DNA of 64,000 nt from NCBI GenBank assembly GCA_023450835.1, contig JAEXGM010000014.1, forward strand, positions 49,045 through 113,044, written 5' to 3'. Below are positions 1 through 9,809 of this stretch, in pieces (within the stretch, counting starts at the first letter, position 1; each line of letters opens with the position of its first letter). The notes beneath the pieces were generated by a model. That model ran no database searches, was not told where the DNA came from, and saw only the letters and a list, made by a program, of their open reading frames with translations. Position numbers and translations under genes: made by a program. This stretch comes from Bacillota bacterium (GTDB lineage: Bacteria > Bacillota > Clostridia > Lachnospirales > Lachnospiraceae).

Positions 1-759
1 AGTGATTTCCTCAATGCTTTTTTCCTTATAAGTATGAAGGAATTGAAGGATATCTGCTTTTAATCCATCTGTAATATTCATTATATTCATCAGGTTGACC
101 GGTTCTTCTTCCGGTATAATCTTCTCAATAATATTTAATCCCTTCAAATCCTGAGCAGTTATCTTCATAACCTCCGTAGCTTCAGAAGCCTTCTTGCTGT
201 CTTTCCACAGAATAGAGGCAAAGCCTTCCGGAGAAAGTATGGAATATACCGCATTTTCAAGCATCCACACTTCATTGGCAACCGCAAGAGCCAAAGCTCC
301 GCCGCTGCCCCCTTCCCCTGTTATAATGCTAAGAATGGGGACTTTTAAACCGGACATCTCAAACAGGTTTCTGGCAATTGCCTCACCCTGTCCTTTTTCC
401 TCTGCTTCAATACCCGGAAAAGCTCCCGGTGTATCCACAAAGCAGATTACCGGTCTGTTAAATTTCTCTGCCTGCTTCATAAGCCTTAAAGCCTTACGGT
501 AGCCGGAAGGATTAGCCATCCCATAGTTTCTTCTGACGTTTTCTTTTATGGTACGGCCTTTTTGCAGACCGATAACAGTAACATACATGCCTTCTATTAC
601 AGCTATTCCGCCTGTAACGGCACCGTCATCCCTTCCCTGCCTGTCTCCGTGAAGTTCTATGAATTTATTAAAAATACCACTTATAAAATCAAGACTTGTT
701 GGTCTTTCATTGCCTCTTGCTATTTCAACACGTTCCCATGCTGTGAGTTCGGCTGCCAT
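1..759 (-). CDS. accA: Acetyl-CoA carboxylase carboxyltransferase alpha subunit (partial, runs off left edge)
   Basis: Not in the ORF track. Manual translation from ATG at 759 (upstream RBS GAAAGGGAG) gives [26 protein letters not shown]..., with later [10 protein letters not shown] and [16 protein letters not shown] motifs. Last gene of the acc cluster. Confidence 0.95.
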   Translation of the reverse strand, partial: MAAELTAWERVEIARGNERPTSLDFISGIFNKFIELHGDRQGRDDGAVTGGIAVIEGMYVTVIGLQKGRTIKENVRRNYGMANPSGYRKALRLMKQAEKFNRPVICFVDTPGAFPGIEAEEKGQGEAIARNLFEMSGLKVPILSIITGEGGSGGALALAVANEVWMLENAVYSILSPEGFASILWKDSKKASEATEVMKITAQDLKGLNIIEKIIPEEEPVNLMNIMNITDGLKADILQFLHTYKEKSIEEIT

Positions 760-889
760 GCTTTCTACTCCCTTTCTCGCCCTTTTTGGAATCCGTAAAA
801 AAATCTTTCATATAGGCGCTGTCATTCAGAATCATAAGTGGAAATTATCTCTTAAGTCCCACATTACCATCCTGAAATTGTTTTAAATG

Positions 890-1774
890 CTATATTTCTG
901 AAACCTGCACGCTTTTGATAAGGAGTGACAAAGTCTGCTTTAATTTATTCCGCTTGACTACCTTATCAATAAATCCATGCTCCAACAGAAATTCAGCACT
1001 CTGAAAGCCTTCCGGGAGTTTCTGGCCTATGGTCTGCTCAATTACTCTGGGACCTGCAAAACCGATCAGTGCACCGGGTTCCGCCAGAATAATGTCTCCA
1101 AGCATGGCAAAGCTCGCCATAACGCCTCCGGTCGTAGGGTCTGTTAAAACGGGAATATATAAAAGTCCGGCTTCATCATGCTTCTTTAAAGCACCGGCGG
1201 TCTTTGCCATTTGCATTAAGGATACGATTCCTTCCTGCATTCTGGCTCCGCCGGAACAGCAAAAGAGTACTACCGGGAGTCTATCCTTTGTGGCCGTTTC
1301 TATCATACGGGTTATTTTTTCTCCCACAGTTTCGCCCATACTTCCCATTAGAAAAGTAGAAGCCATGACTCCGATTGCCACTTCCATCCCATCTATGGTT
1401 CCTTTGCCGGTAACGATTGCATCATCGAGGCCGGTGGCCATCCGCAGATGATTTAATTTGTCCTCATAGCCCGGGAAGTTAAGCGGATCGCTTACCGGAA
1501 GATTAACATCCCATTCCGTAAAGCTTCCGGGGTCCAATACCATGCTAAGCCTGGTCCTGGGGCTGATACGGAAGTAACTGCCGCATATGGGGCAGATATA
1601 GTAGTTCTGAACCACATCTTCAAGATAGACTATCTCATTGCACTTATCACATTTATCAAAAAGACCTTCCGGCACCTGTGCATCGTAAAGGGAGTCTTTC
1701 CGTTTTTTATCCTGGGTGACTTTTTTTTGCTCACCGTTTACAGCAAGATTCTTTTTAAACATTTCCTTTAACAT
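890..1774 (-). CDS. accD: Acetyl-CoA carboxylase carboxyltransferase beta subunit
   Basis: CxxC...CxxC zinc ribbon, SGGARMQEG, PTTGGV and ALIGFAGPRVIEQT motifs. Confidence 0.97.
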   Translation of the reverse strand: MLKEMFKKNLAVNGEQKKVTQDKKRKDSLYDAQVPEGLFDKCDKCNEIVYLEDVVQNYYICPICGSYFRISPRTRLSMVLDPGSFTEWDVNLPVSDPLNFPGYEDKLNHLRMATGLDDAIVTGKGTIDGMEVAIGVMASTFLMGSMGETVGEKITRMIETATKDRLPVVLFCCSGGARMQEGIVSLMQMAKTAGALKKHDEAGLLYIPVLTDPTTGGVMASFAMLGDIILAEPGALIGFAGPRVIEQTIGQKLPEGFQSAEFLLEHGFIDKVVKRNKLKQTLSLLIKSVQVSEI

Positions 1775-1838
1775 GATGACCTCTTTCTAAGACAGCTCCT
1801 ATTGCGTATGATTTGTTGCCTCACAAGTATTTTTCAAA

Positions 1839-3206
1839 CTATACGGCTTCAGACATTTCTTTTCTGTCTTTCAGCAGCTTTTCCACAAAGGCTGTATCTG
1901 TATTTCCTTCTTTAAAATCCTCATGATTTATAAGGGTATATAAAAAGTCCAGATTCGTATCAATTCCTTCAATTACAAGTTCGCCAAGCACTCCCTGCAT
2001 CTTCCTGATTGCCTGCTCCCTGTCATTATCGTGCACCATCAGCTTCACTAGAAGTGAGTCATAGGCAGAAGGAATTTTGTAGCCGGCATAAAGAGCAGAA
2101 TCCACACGCACACCGTTTCCTCCCGGGAAATGCAAAGAGGTAACCGTACCGGGGCAGGGCATAAAATCCTTAAGGGGATTCTCTGCATTAATTCTGCATT
2201 CAATGGCATGACCTTTAATTACCACGTCTTCCTGGGATATGGAAAGAGGCCTGCCTTCTGCAATCTTAATCTGCTCCTTTATCAGGTCAATACCTGTTAC
2301 CAGCTCGGTAATACCATGTTCTACCTGTATTCTGGTATTCATTTCAATAAAATAGAATCTGTTCTGGTTATCCATAATAAATTCAATGGTTCCCGCATTC
2401 TGATAACCCACAGTTTTAGCTGCTTTTACCGCTGCTTCTCCCATTGCTTTTCTGAGTTCGGCCGTCATATGATGGGCCGGTGCCTCTTCAATCAATTTCT
2501 GATGTCTTCTTTGAATAGAACAATCTCTTTCACCAAGATGTATCACCTTGCCGTAATTATCGGCGAGAATCTGGAATTCAATATGTCTGGCACCTTCTAT
2601 ATATCTTTCGATATAAAGAGTATCATCACCAAAGGAGTTCTTTGCCTCCTGACCGGCTGTATCAAAAAGCTTTATAAATTCCTCTTCTTTTCTGACGATT
2701 CGCATGCCTTTTCCGCCGCCGCCGGCACTGGCTTTAATGATTACGGGATAGCCGATATCCGCTGCAATCTTTAAGCCTTCTTCTGCAGACGCTACCGCCT
2801 GTTTCGTTCCCGGCACTACCGGTACTCCCGCTTCAATCATGGTTCTTCTGGCTTCTGATTTGTTGCCCATTCGGTCAATAACGTCTCCTGTAGGGCCGAT
2901 AAAGATTATACCGCATTTTTTGCAAAGGTCGGAGAATCTGGCATTTTCCGATAAAAAACCAAAGCCCGGATGTATTGCATCTGCACCTGCTGCACAGGCT
3001 GCGCTTATGATTCTGTCCATCTTCAGATAGCTGTCTTTTGAAGGTACAGGCCCGATGCAGATAGTTTCATCCGCCAGTTGGGCATGGAGGGCATCTTTAT
3101 CGACATCCGAGCAGATGGCTACTGTGGATATGCCCATTTCTCTGCAGGCGCGTATTATCCGCACTGCGATTTCTCCTCTGTTGGCAATTAAGATTTTACT
3201 AATCAT
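1839..3206 (-). CDS. accC: Biotin carboxylase
   Basis: ILIANRGEIAVR, HPGFGFLSEN, GGGGKGMR and EMNTRIQVEH motifs. Confidence 0.97.
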   Translation of the reverse strand: MISKILIANRGEIAVRIIRACREMGISTVAICSDVDKDALHAQLADETICIGPVPSKDSYLKMDRIISAACAAGADAIHPGFGFLSENARFSDLCKKCGIIFIGPTGDVIDRMGNKSEARRTMIEAGVPVVPGTKQAVASAEEGLKIAADIGYPVIIKASAGGGGKGMRIVRKEEEFIKLFDTAGQEAKNSFGDDTLYIERYIEGARHIEFQILADNYGKVIHLGERDCSIQRRHQKLIEEAPAHHMTAELRKAMGEAAVKAAKTVGYQNAGTIEFIMDNQNRFYFIEMNTRIQVEHGITELVTGIDLIKEQIKIAEGRPLSISQEDVVIKGHAIECRINAENPLKDFMPCPGTVTSLHFPGGNGVRVDSALYAGYKIPSAYDSLLVKLMVHDNDREQAIRKMQGVLGELVIEGIDTNLDFLYTLINHEDFKEGNTDTAFVEKLLKDRKEMSEAV

Positions 3207-3380
3207 TGCAGACCTCCGTATTTTGCGCTCTTGTGCGCAGAGTATTTTTCATACTAGCAACCATACCTCTTTCAACGCACTTCAAGATTACGCTGAGGAT
3301 TTCGCAGGCACAAACATGTGTGGTTTATCATAAGCCTGCTTACTATACTATCCAAATAAAAAGCAAAGATTGTTTCTTTC

Positions 3381-3803
3381 CTAGCTGATTGCAAATATAA
3401 GCTCTGCTTCTGCAAAAATCTTCTCGCCGTCATAGGCTTTAGCAGAGGCAACACCAATATTTCCTTTACTTTTTATCAGTTCCACTTCCAGTGTCAGTAC
3501 ATCTCCGGGTATTACCTTATTTCTGAACCTGGCTTTATTTACTCCGCCAAAGTAAGCATTTTTCCCTTTGTTTTCCTCCAGGGAAAGACAAACAACTGCT
3601 CCTACCTGAGCCATTGCTTCAATGATTAAAACTCCCGGCATAACCGGCTCCTCCGGAAAATGCCCGATAAAATAAGGCTCATTATAACTTACACACTTTT
3701 TCCCCACGGCACGTTTACCGGGTTCCAATTCATCGATTCTGTCAATTAATAAAAAGGGACTTCTTTGGGGTATGATTTTCTTTATCTCATTTATATCTAA
3801 CAT
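3381..3803 (-). CDS. fabZ: 3-hydroxyacyl-ACP dehydratase
   Basis: PFLLIDR and GHFPEEPVMPGVLIIEAMAQ motifs. Likely start is MLDINEIK at 3803; the ORF track extends it to 3848. Confidence 0.95.
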   Translation of the reverse strand: MLDINEIKKIIPQRSPFLLIDRIDELEPGKRAVGKKCVSYNEPYFIGHFPEEPVMPGVLIIEAMAQVGAVVCLSLEENKGKNAYFGGVNKARFRNKVIPGDVLTLEVELIKSKGNIGVASAKAYDGEKIFAEAELIFAIS

Positions 3804-3857
3804 ATACTTCCCTGCTCTTTCGCTTCTAAGCTGCCTGTTCAGATTCAATTTCTAAGC

Positions 3858-4280
3858 TTATAGTGGCTTCAGATATATCAATGCCTGACCGTATTCCACC
3901 ATATCTTTGTTGTTCACTTCAATGCGTTCTACGATACCGTCATATTCCGATTCGATTTCATTCATAAGCTTCATGGCTTCTATAATGCCAACTGCCTGCC
4001 CCTTCTTTACCCTGTCACCTACCTGGACAAAAGGATCACTTTTATCGGATTTGGCTGCATAAAAAGTACCTACCATGGGGGATTTAATGACTAACAGATT
4101 TTCATCCTTTTTGGCTTCAGGTACTTCCACGAAAGGAATACTTCCGCTTGTAATAACCTCTGTCTTAATAACTCTATCGCATTCAAGTTCCAGTGATACC
4201 TCGTTGTCTTTGTAGCGGAACGCTGTTACATTGCTTGCTGAAACCGCTTTAATCAATTCAAGAATCTCTTCTTTATTCAC
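3858..4280 (-). CDS. accB: Biotin carboxyl carrier protein
   Basis: KSPMVGTFY and the EAMKLMN biotinylation motif. Likely GTG start at 4280 after a GAGGAAA RBS. Confidence 0.93.
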   Translation of the reverse strand: MNKEEILELIKAVSASNVTAFRYKDNEVSLELECDRVIKTEVITSGSIPFVEVPEAKKDENLLVIKSPMVGTFYAAKSDKSDPFVQVGDRVKKGQAVGIIEAMKLMNEIESEYDGIVERIEVNNKDMVEYGQALIYLKPL

Positions 4281-4330
4281 AGGTTTCCTCCTAATTTCAG
4301 GCTTACTGAAAATGCCTTCTACTTCATAAA

Positions 4331-5572
4331 TCAATCATTCTTATATTTTTTTACCAGAAGACTTCCGTTATGCCCGCCAAAACCTAAAGAGTTTGATATG
4401 GCATAATTTATCTCTCTGTCTGTTACCGGATTCTTGGCATAATTTAAACCAAGTTCTTCGTCAGGAATTTCATAGCCTGCTGTAGCATGAACATAGTTTT
4501 CCAGAACGGATTTCACACATACGATGAATTCCACGGCTCCCGCTGCACCAAGCATATGTCCTGTCATTGACTTGGTAGAATTTACGACCGTATTGTAAGC
4601 ATGCTCTCCTAAAGCCAGCTTAATAGACATGGTTTCATAAAGATCATTGTGATGGGTACTGGTTCCGTGGGCATTGACATAATCTACATCCTCAGGGCTG
4701 ATTCCTGCTTCTTTTATCGCCAGTGTCATAGCTCTTGCGGCACCTTCCCCATCGTCAGAAGGAGAAGTAATATGAAAAGCATCACAGGTAGCACCATAAC
4801 CTGCTATTTCTGCCAGAATAGTAGCTCCTCTGTTAACAGCGTGCTCGTAAGATTCCAATACAACAACTCCGGCACCCTCACCCATTACAAAACCGCTTCT
4901 TTCCTTATCAAAGGGAATAGACGCTCTCTTCGGGTCCGTCTGGGTAGTCATAGCTGTAAGTGCTGAAAAACCTGATACTCCGATGGGGCTGATAGCTGCT
5001 TCCGTACCGCCTGCTACCATAACATCCGCTTCGTTGCACTGGATGTATCTCATCGCTTCTCCGATGGAATGGGTTCCGGTAGCACAAGCTGTAACCACAT
5101 TGGTGCATTTTCCTTTAAGACCATACTGGATTGCAACATTTCCGGCAGCCATATTGGATATCATAAGAGGAACCAGTAAAGGAGCAATTCTCTTCGGTCC
5201 TTTTTCTAAGAGTTTCGTATGCTCTCTTTCCACTGCCTGCAAGCTTCCGATTCCGGAACCTACGCAGACACCGATTCTGGTAGCGTCTTCTTTTTCCATA
5301 TCCAGTCCGGCATTTTTAATCGCCTCGCCTGCTGCGGCTACCGCATATTGACAGAAGTCCTCCATACGTTTGGCAGCCTTAGGATCCATATAATCCGCCG
5401 CATGAAAGTCCTTTACCTGCGCAGCTAATTTTACTTTATACTCTGTGGTATCAAAATAAGTGATAGGTGCAAATGGAATTCTTTGCTCCTTAATTCCCTG
5501 CCAGAAATCTTCTATATTATTGCCGATAGGTGAAATAATACCCATACCGGTTACAACTACACGTTTACTCAT
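4331..5572 (-). CDS. fabF: Beta-ketoacyl-ACP synthase II
   Basis: RVVVTGMG, TACATG, NAHGTST, GHMLGAAG and SNSLGFGGHN motifs. Confidence 0.97.
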   Translation of the reverse strand: MSKRVVVTGMGIISPIGNNIEDFWQGIKEQRIPFAPITYFDTTEYKVKLAAQVKDFHAADYMDPKAAKRMEDFCQYAVAAAGEAIKNAGLDMEKEDATRIGVCVGSGIGSLQAVEREHTKLLEKGPKRIAPLLVPLMISNMAAGNVAIQYGLKGKCTNVVTACATGTHSIGEAMRYIQCNEADVMVAGGTEAAISPIGVSGFSALTAMTTQTDPKRASIPFDKERSGFVMGEGAGVVVLESYEHAVNRGATILAEIAGYGATCDAFHITSPSDDGEGAARAMTLAIKEAGISPEDVDYVNAHGTSTHHNDLYETMSIKLALGEHAYNTVVNSTKSMTGHMLGAAGAVEFIVCVKSVLENYVHATAGYEIPDEELGLNYAKNPVTDREINYAISNSLGFGGHNGSLLVKKYKND

Positions 5573-5768
5573 TTTAACCTCTTTTCTGAATACATAGTTG
5601 AATAATGCCTTACTTCAACCTAACAACCATGCTCTTTCCAATGCGCCTCATGGCATGCTGTCAACATGCTGCAAACCAATATTATAAAAATGCAATGAAT
5701 TTTCACCAGTATCCATGCTGCAAATACACTTCGAATCAAAAGTAAAAATTGCATTCGTTGATTCTATC

Positions 5769-6509
5769 TTAAATTCCCATACCGCCGTCTACCGATAATA
5801 CCTGACCGGTTATATAGGAAGCTTTATCCGATGCCAGAAACACAACGGCCTCTGCAATATCGGAACCTTCTCCGAATCTCTTTAAAGGAATCGTCTCAAT
5901 TGCCTTAGCTTTGATTTCCTCCTTCAGGTTAACCGTCATATCGGTATTGATATAACCGGGAGCGACAGCATTGACATTAATACTTCTGGAAGCCAGTTCT
6001 CTTGCAAGAGTCTTTGTCATTCCAATTACTCCGGCTTTTGCCGCACTGTAGTTTACCTGTCCGGGATTTCCGTGAATGCCGGATATTGAAGAAATGTTAA
6101 CGATTTTTCCGTATCTTTGCTTTAACATTACGCGGGATGCCTGTTTCAGGCAATAGAAAACACCTTTTAAGTTGGTATCAATTACCTGGTCAAATTCTTC
6201 ATTACTCATCTTTAATATGAGATTGTCTCTTGTAATTCCTGCATTATTGACCAGGATGTCAAGTCTCTTATATTCTTTTATTATAAAGGCGAACATATTA
6301 TCTACATCTGTAGAATCAGATACATTTCCTTTTAGCAGAACGGCTTCTCCGCCCTTCTCCTTAATTTCATCGACTGTCTGTCTGGCAGCTTCTTCCGAAC
6401 CGTTGTAATTTATCATAACAGTGGCACCGTTTTCTGCCAGAGCAAGCGCTATCGCTCTGCCAATACCCTTGCTTGCGCCGGTTACCAGTGCAATCTTACC
6501 CTCTAGCAT
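5769..6509 (-). CDS. fabG: 3-oxoacyl-ACP reductase
   Basis: TGASKGIG, NNAGITRD and YSAAK SDR motifs; operon context. Confidence 0.97.
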   Translation of the reverse strand: MLEGKIALVTGASKGIGRAIALALAENGATVMINYNGSEEAARQTVDEIKEKGGEAVLLKGNVSDSTDVDNMFAFIIKEYKRLDILVNNAGITRDNLILKMSNEEFDQVIDTNLKGVFYCLKQASRVMLKQRYGKIVNISSISGIHGNPGQVNYSAAKAGVIGMTKTLARELASRSINVNAVAPGYINTDMTVNLKEEIKAKAIETIPLKRFGEGSDIAEAVVFLASDKASYITGQVLSVDGGMGI

Positions 6510-7428
6510 GTAATGCCTCCTTTAATTTCTCTAAATCCGCTGTTTTTTCTATATTAACAACCAGTGCTTCCTTTTCTATCTTCTTTAAAAATCCTGCCAG
6601 TGTCTTTCCCGGGCCGATTTCAACAAAAAGGTCGACTCCCTCTGCCAAAAGAGTACGTACACACTCTTCCCATCTGACAGATGAATATACCTGGCGGGAA
6701 AGGCTATCCCTGATGGTATCTCCAGTCCTTACAACCTTAGCATCCACATTTGCCGTATATGGAATAACCGGCGAATTTACATTAACTGCTTTTAGTTTTT
6801 CTAAGAGAGCTTCTCCTGCTTCCTTTAACATAGGGGAATGAAAGGGTCCGCTGACATTCAAGGGAAGAACCCGTTTAGCTCCCGCCTTTGTCAACTCTTC
6901 GGATATCTGTGTAAGCGCTTCTTTCTCTCCCGATATTACGGTCTGCCCCGGGCAGTTATAGTTGGCTATTCCAACAGCACCCTGACCCTTTGCCAAAACC
7001 TCTTCTATTACCTTTGTATCAAGGCCAAGAACTGCTGCCATACCACCCTTGCCTTCCGGAACGGCACTCTCCATCAATTCTCCTCTTGCCTTTACAAGCG
7101 GAATTCCTTCTTCAAAGGATATGGCGCCTGAAGCGATGACAGCCGGGTATTCACCGAGGCTAAGACCTGCATAATAATCCGGCAGAAATTCAAGTTCTTT
7201 TACCGCAGCCAGCATGGCTAAACAGGTTACCGCCATGGCAGGCTGGGTATATCTTGTGATGTTTAACAGAGGATTTTCTTCAAAACAAAGATTTTTTATG
7301 TCCATACCAAGCAGTTCTTCTGCTTTGTCATATGTTTCTTTCGAAGTTTTAAAATTTTCATAGAAATCTTTTCCCATGCCGGCATATTGAGCGCCTTGAC
7401 CCGGAAATATAAAAGCTGTTTTACCCAT
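6496..7428 (-). CDS. fabD: Malonyl-CoA:ACP transacylase
   Basis: FPGQGAQY, GLSLGEY and VSGPFHS motifs; likely start MGKTAF at 7428. Confidence 0.96.
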   Translation of the reverse strand: MGKTAFIFPGQGAQYAGMGKDFYENFKTSKETYDKAEELLGMDIKNLCFEENPLLNITRYTQPAMAVTCLAMLAAVKELEFLPDYYAGLSLGEYPAVIASGAISFEEGIPLVKARGELMESAVPEGKGGMAAVLGLDTKVIEEVLAKGQGAVGIANYNCPGQTVISGEKEALTQISEELTKAGAKRVLPLNVSGPFHSPMLKEAGEALLEKLKAVNVNSPVIPYTANVDAKVVRTGDTIRDSLSRQVYSSVRWEECVRTLLAEGVDLFVEIGPGKTLAGFLKKIEKEALVVNIEKTADLEKLKEALHARG

Positions 7429-7433
7429 AGGTC

Positions 7434-8384
7434 TTATAACCATCCTTTTTTGATTGCACTGACAGCTTCCGTAATCATTTCTTCCATAATCTCTTTACAG
7501 GACTGTTCTTTGGATACAAGGCCGGCTATCTGTCCTGCCATAACGGAACCTTCCGTAATATCCCCTTCCATTACCGCTTTTCTCAAAGAACCAAGGGTTA
7601 AAAGCTCTAATTCCTCGAAGCTCTTTCCTTCTTGTTCTAGTTTCAGGTAATTTCTGGTCATATTATTGCGCAGAGCTCTTACCGGGTGTCCGGTGGAGCG
7701 CCCTGTTACAATAGAATCAATGTCTTTGGAGCCAATAATACGCTTTTTATAATTATCATGTACAATGGATTCATGGGATACTACAAAACGTGTTCCCACC
7801 TGGGCTCCTTTTGCACCAAGCATTAAAATTGCTGCCAGACCTCTGCCGTCACCAACTCCGCCCGCTGCTATAACAGGAATAGAGACTGCATCCACTATCT
7901 GCGGAATTAATGCCATGGTTGTCAATTCCCCTATATGTCCTCCCGCTTCGCAGCCTTCCGCTACCAGCGCATCTGCTCCGCTTCGCTCCATCCTCTTTGC
8001 CAGTGCCACGGAAGCTACTACCGGAATTACGATGATTCCGGCAGCCTTCCAATCTTTCAGATATTTCTCCGGATTGCCGGCTCCTGTTGTTACTACGGGA
8101 ACCTTTTCCTCTATGACTACCTGAGCGACCTCTGGAGCATTGGGGCTTAGAAGCATAATATTAACGCCAAAAGGCTTATCTGTTTTCTCTTTTGCTTTTC
8201 TGATTTCATTTCTGACAACGTCTGCGGGGGCATTTCCGGCAGCAATGATTCCAAGCCCCCCTGCCTCTGATACTCCGGCAGCCAGATTATGTTCAGCAAC
8301 CCATGCCATACCGCCTTGGATAATTGGATACTTTATATGGAGCAGGTCACAGATATTTGTATGCAATGCCGACTCTTTTTCCAT
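7434..8384 (-). CDS. fabK: Enoyl-ACP reductase II (FMN-dependent)
   Basis: YPIIQGGMAWV, EAGGHIG, IAAGG and MAGQIAGLV motifs; FAS operon context. Confidence 0.95.
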   Translation of the reverse strand: MEKESALHTNICDLLHIKYPIIQGGMAWVAEHNLAAGVSEAGGLGIIAAGNAPADVVRNEIRKAKEKTDKPFGVNIMLLSPNAPEVAQVVIEEKVPVVTTGAGNPEKYLKDWKAAGIIVIPVVASVALAKRMERSGADALVAEGCEAGGHIGELTTMALIPQIVDAVSIPVIAAGGVGDGRGLAAILMLGAKGAQVGTRFVVSHESIVHDNYKKRIIGSKDIDSIVTGRSTGHPVRALRNNMTRNYLKLEQEGKSFEELELLTLGSLRKAVMEGDITEGSVMAGQIAGLVSKEQSCKEIMEEMITEAVSAIKKGWL

Positions 8385-8615
8385 TTATTCCACACCCTTA
8401 TTCTTAAGATAAGTAATCAAGTCTCCTACTGTTTCCATGGTATTTAAGTCTTCGGAAGGAATTTCAATGTCATATTCCTCTTCTACTGCCATGATTAATT
8501 CAAAGAGCTCCAGGGAATCTGCTCCCAGGTCTTCTTTAAATGATGAACTTTCGCTGATTGTGCTGCTCTCTACTGTAAGCTGTCCTGCAATGATTTCAAT
8601 AATTTTTTCTAACAT
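8385..8615 (-). CDS. acpP: Acyl carrier protein
   Basis: DLGADSLE phosphopantetheine site; acidic, 76 aa. Confidence 0.96.
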   Translation of the reverse strand: MLEKIIEIIAGQLTVESSTISESSSFKEDLGADSLELFELIMAVEEEYDIEIPSEDLNTMETVGDLITYLKNKGVE

Positions 8616-8673
8616 ATTTTCCTCTCATTCGCCGCTCATTAACTATTCTGGCGGCATTATTAATTTTTATTTT

Positions 8674-9108
8674 TTAGTAACTTATCTGCATTTTCTTTAA
8701 AGCGCGTTTGATAAATTTTCTCCTCTTGATGATTACAAGAAGGAGTCCGATGATTACTATAAGTGCAGCAATTACTGCTGATATCAATTTAAAGATATTC
8801 GAAATACCACGTTTGAATACGCGAATGGAAAAACCGAATTCAGAACTGTCTTTACTTTCTGTCTGATTAATGTCCTCGCTCTTTTCGTCAAAGTCTTTTG
8901 AAAACTCTTCCATGTGGTTCATAAAAATGCTGTCACTTGGGTTTTCTTCTTTTTTATAAATTGATTTGATGTAGAAATATGCTCTCTTAAAGACATTTCC
9001 TTTTCTGTTCCTGATATCTCTTTCTGTGAAATTCTCATTTAATGCGGCTGCATCCAGTTCGCTTAACATGTTGATAAGTGTCTGTTCATTCATACTGTTA
9101 CCTCCCAA
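8674..9108 (-). CDS. Hypothetical protein with C-terminal transmembrane helix (possible anti-sigma factor)
   Basis: Single hydrophobic helix followed by a basic tail; directly downstream of the ECF sigma gene. Confidence 0.55.
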   Translation of the reverse strand: MGGNSMNEQTLINMLSELDAAALNENFTERDIRNRKGNVFKRAYFYIKSIYKKEENPSDSIFMNHMEEFSKDFDEKSEDINQTESKDSSEFGFSIRVFKRGISNIFKLISAVIAALIVIIGLLLVIIKRRKFIKRALKKMQISY

Positions 9109-9162
9109 TTCCTGTACATATCTCAGTCCATCAGACCCCAGGCAGTTGCACGCCTTTTCTTT

Positions 9163-9741
9163 TTACATCGGCCCTTCTATCCATCTTAATTTCTGGTCAA
9201 AGGTAAGCTTCATTTTACTTCGCAGTCTTGATAACCGGCTGTCAATAGCTGTGACACTCATCTTCATGGCTTTTGCTATATCCTTTGAGGATTGCAGATA
9301 ATAGTACCTGCGCAAGACTAACTCCCTGTCTTTTTTGTCCAGCTCCTTGATTATTTCATTTAAGAGGTTAATATCCTCTTTACGAAATATCTGATTTTCT
9401 ACATTTTGACTTTGGTCAACGTAGTACTGGGCAATATCCGAAAAGTCATCATTGTACTCCATTCCTTCTCTGCGGCTTAAGTCCCGAAGCTTATTTATTG
9501 CAGTGTTTCGGACAATTACCTTTAGATATGTTTTTAAGGAGGCTTTCTCCATGTCATAACGCTCAATATGCTTCCATAGCTTCATGTAGGTATCATTAAC
9601 ACACTCTTCAATGTCTTCCCATCGTCCGCCCAGAATCGTACCCGCAATATGGATCAAAAGCCTTTCATACTTTTCAGACAACTTTAATAAACCTATATCA
9701 TTCTTTTCATAAAGCAGGTTTACTATTGCCTCATCCTTCAA
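9163..9741 (-). CDS. ECF (sigma-70 group 4) RNA polymerase sigma factor
   Basis: DIEECVNDTYMKLW region 2, RNTAINKLR, and region-4 HTH (SKDIAKAMKMSVTAIDSRLSRLR). Confidence 0.9.
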   Translation of the reverse strand: MKDEAIVNLLYEKNDIGLLKLSEKYERLLIHIAGTILGGRWEDIEECVNDTYMKLWKHIERYDMEKASLKTYLKVIVRNTAINKLRDLSRREGMEYNDDFSDIAQYYVDQSQNVENQIFRKEDINLLNEIIKELDKKDRELVLRRYYYLQSSKDIAKAMKMSVTAIDSRLSRLRSKMKLTFDQKLRWIEGPM

Positions 9742-9809
9742 GTTATTAGCCTCCTTTCACATGCTCCCATACTAATACACGATAAAAATAATAATCTTGC
9801 AAAATATTT

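Noticed and set aside
194..8700. Many + strand ORFs over the fatty-acid operon
   Set aside because: Antisense shadows of well-supported minus-strand genes, with no recognisable motifs.
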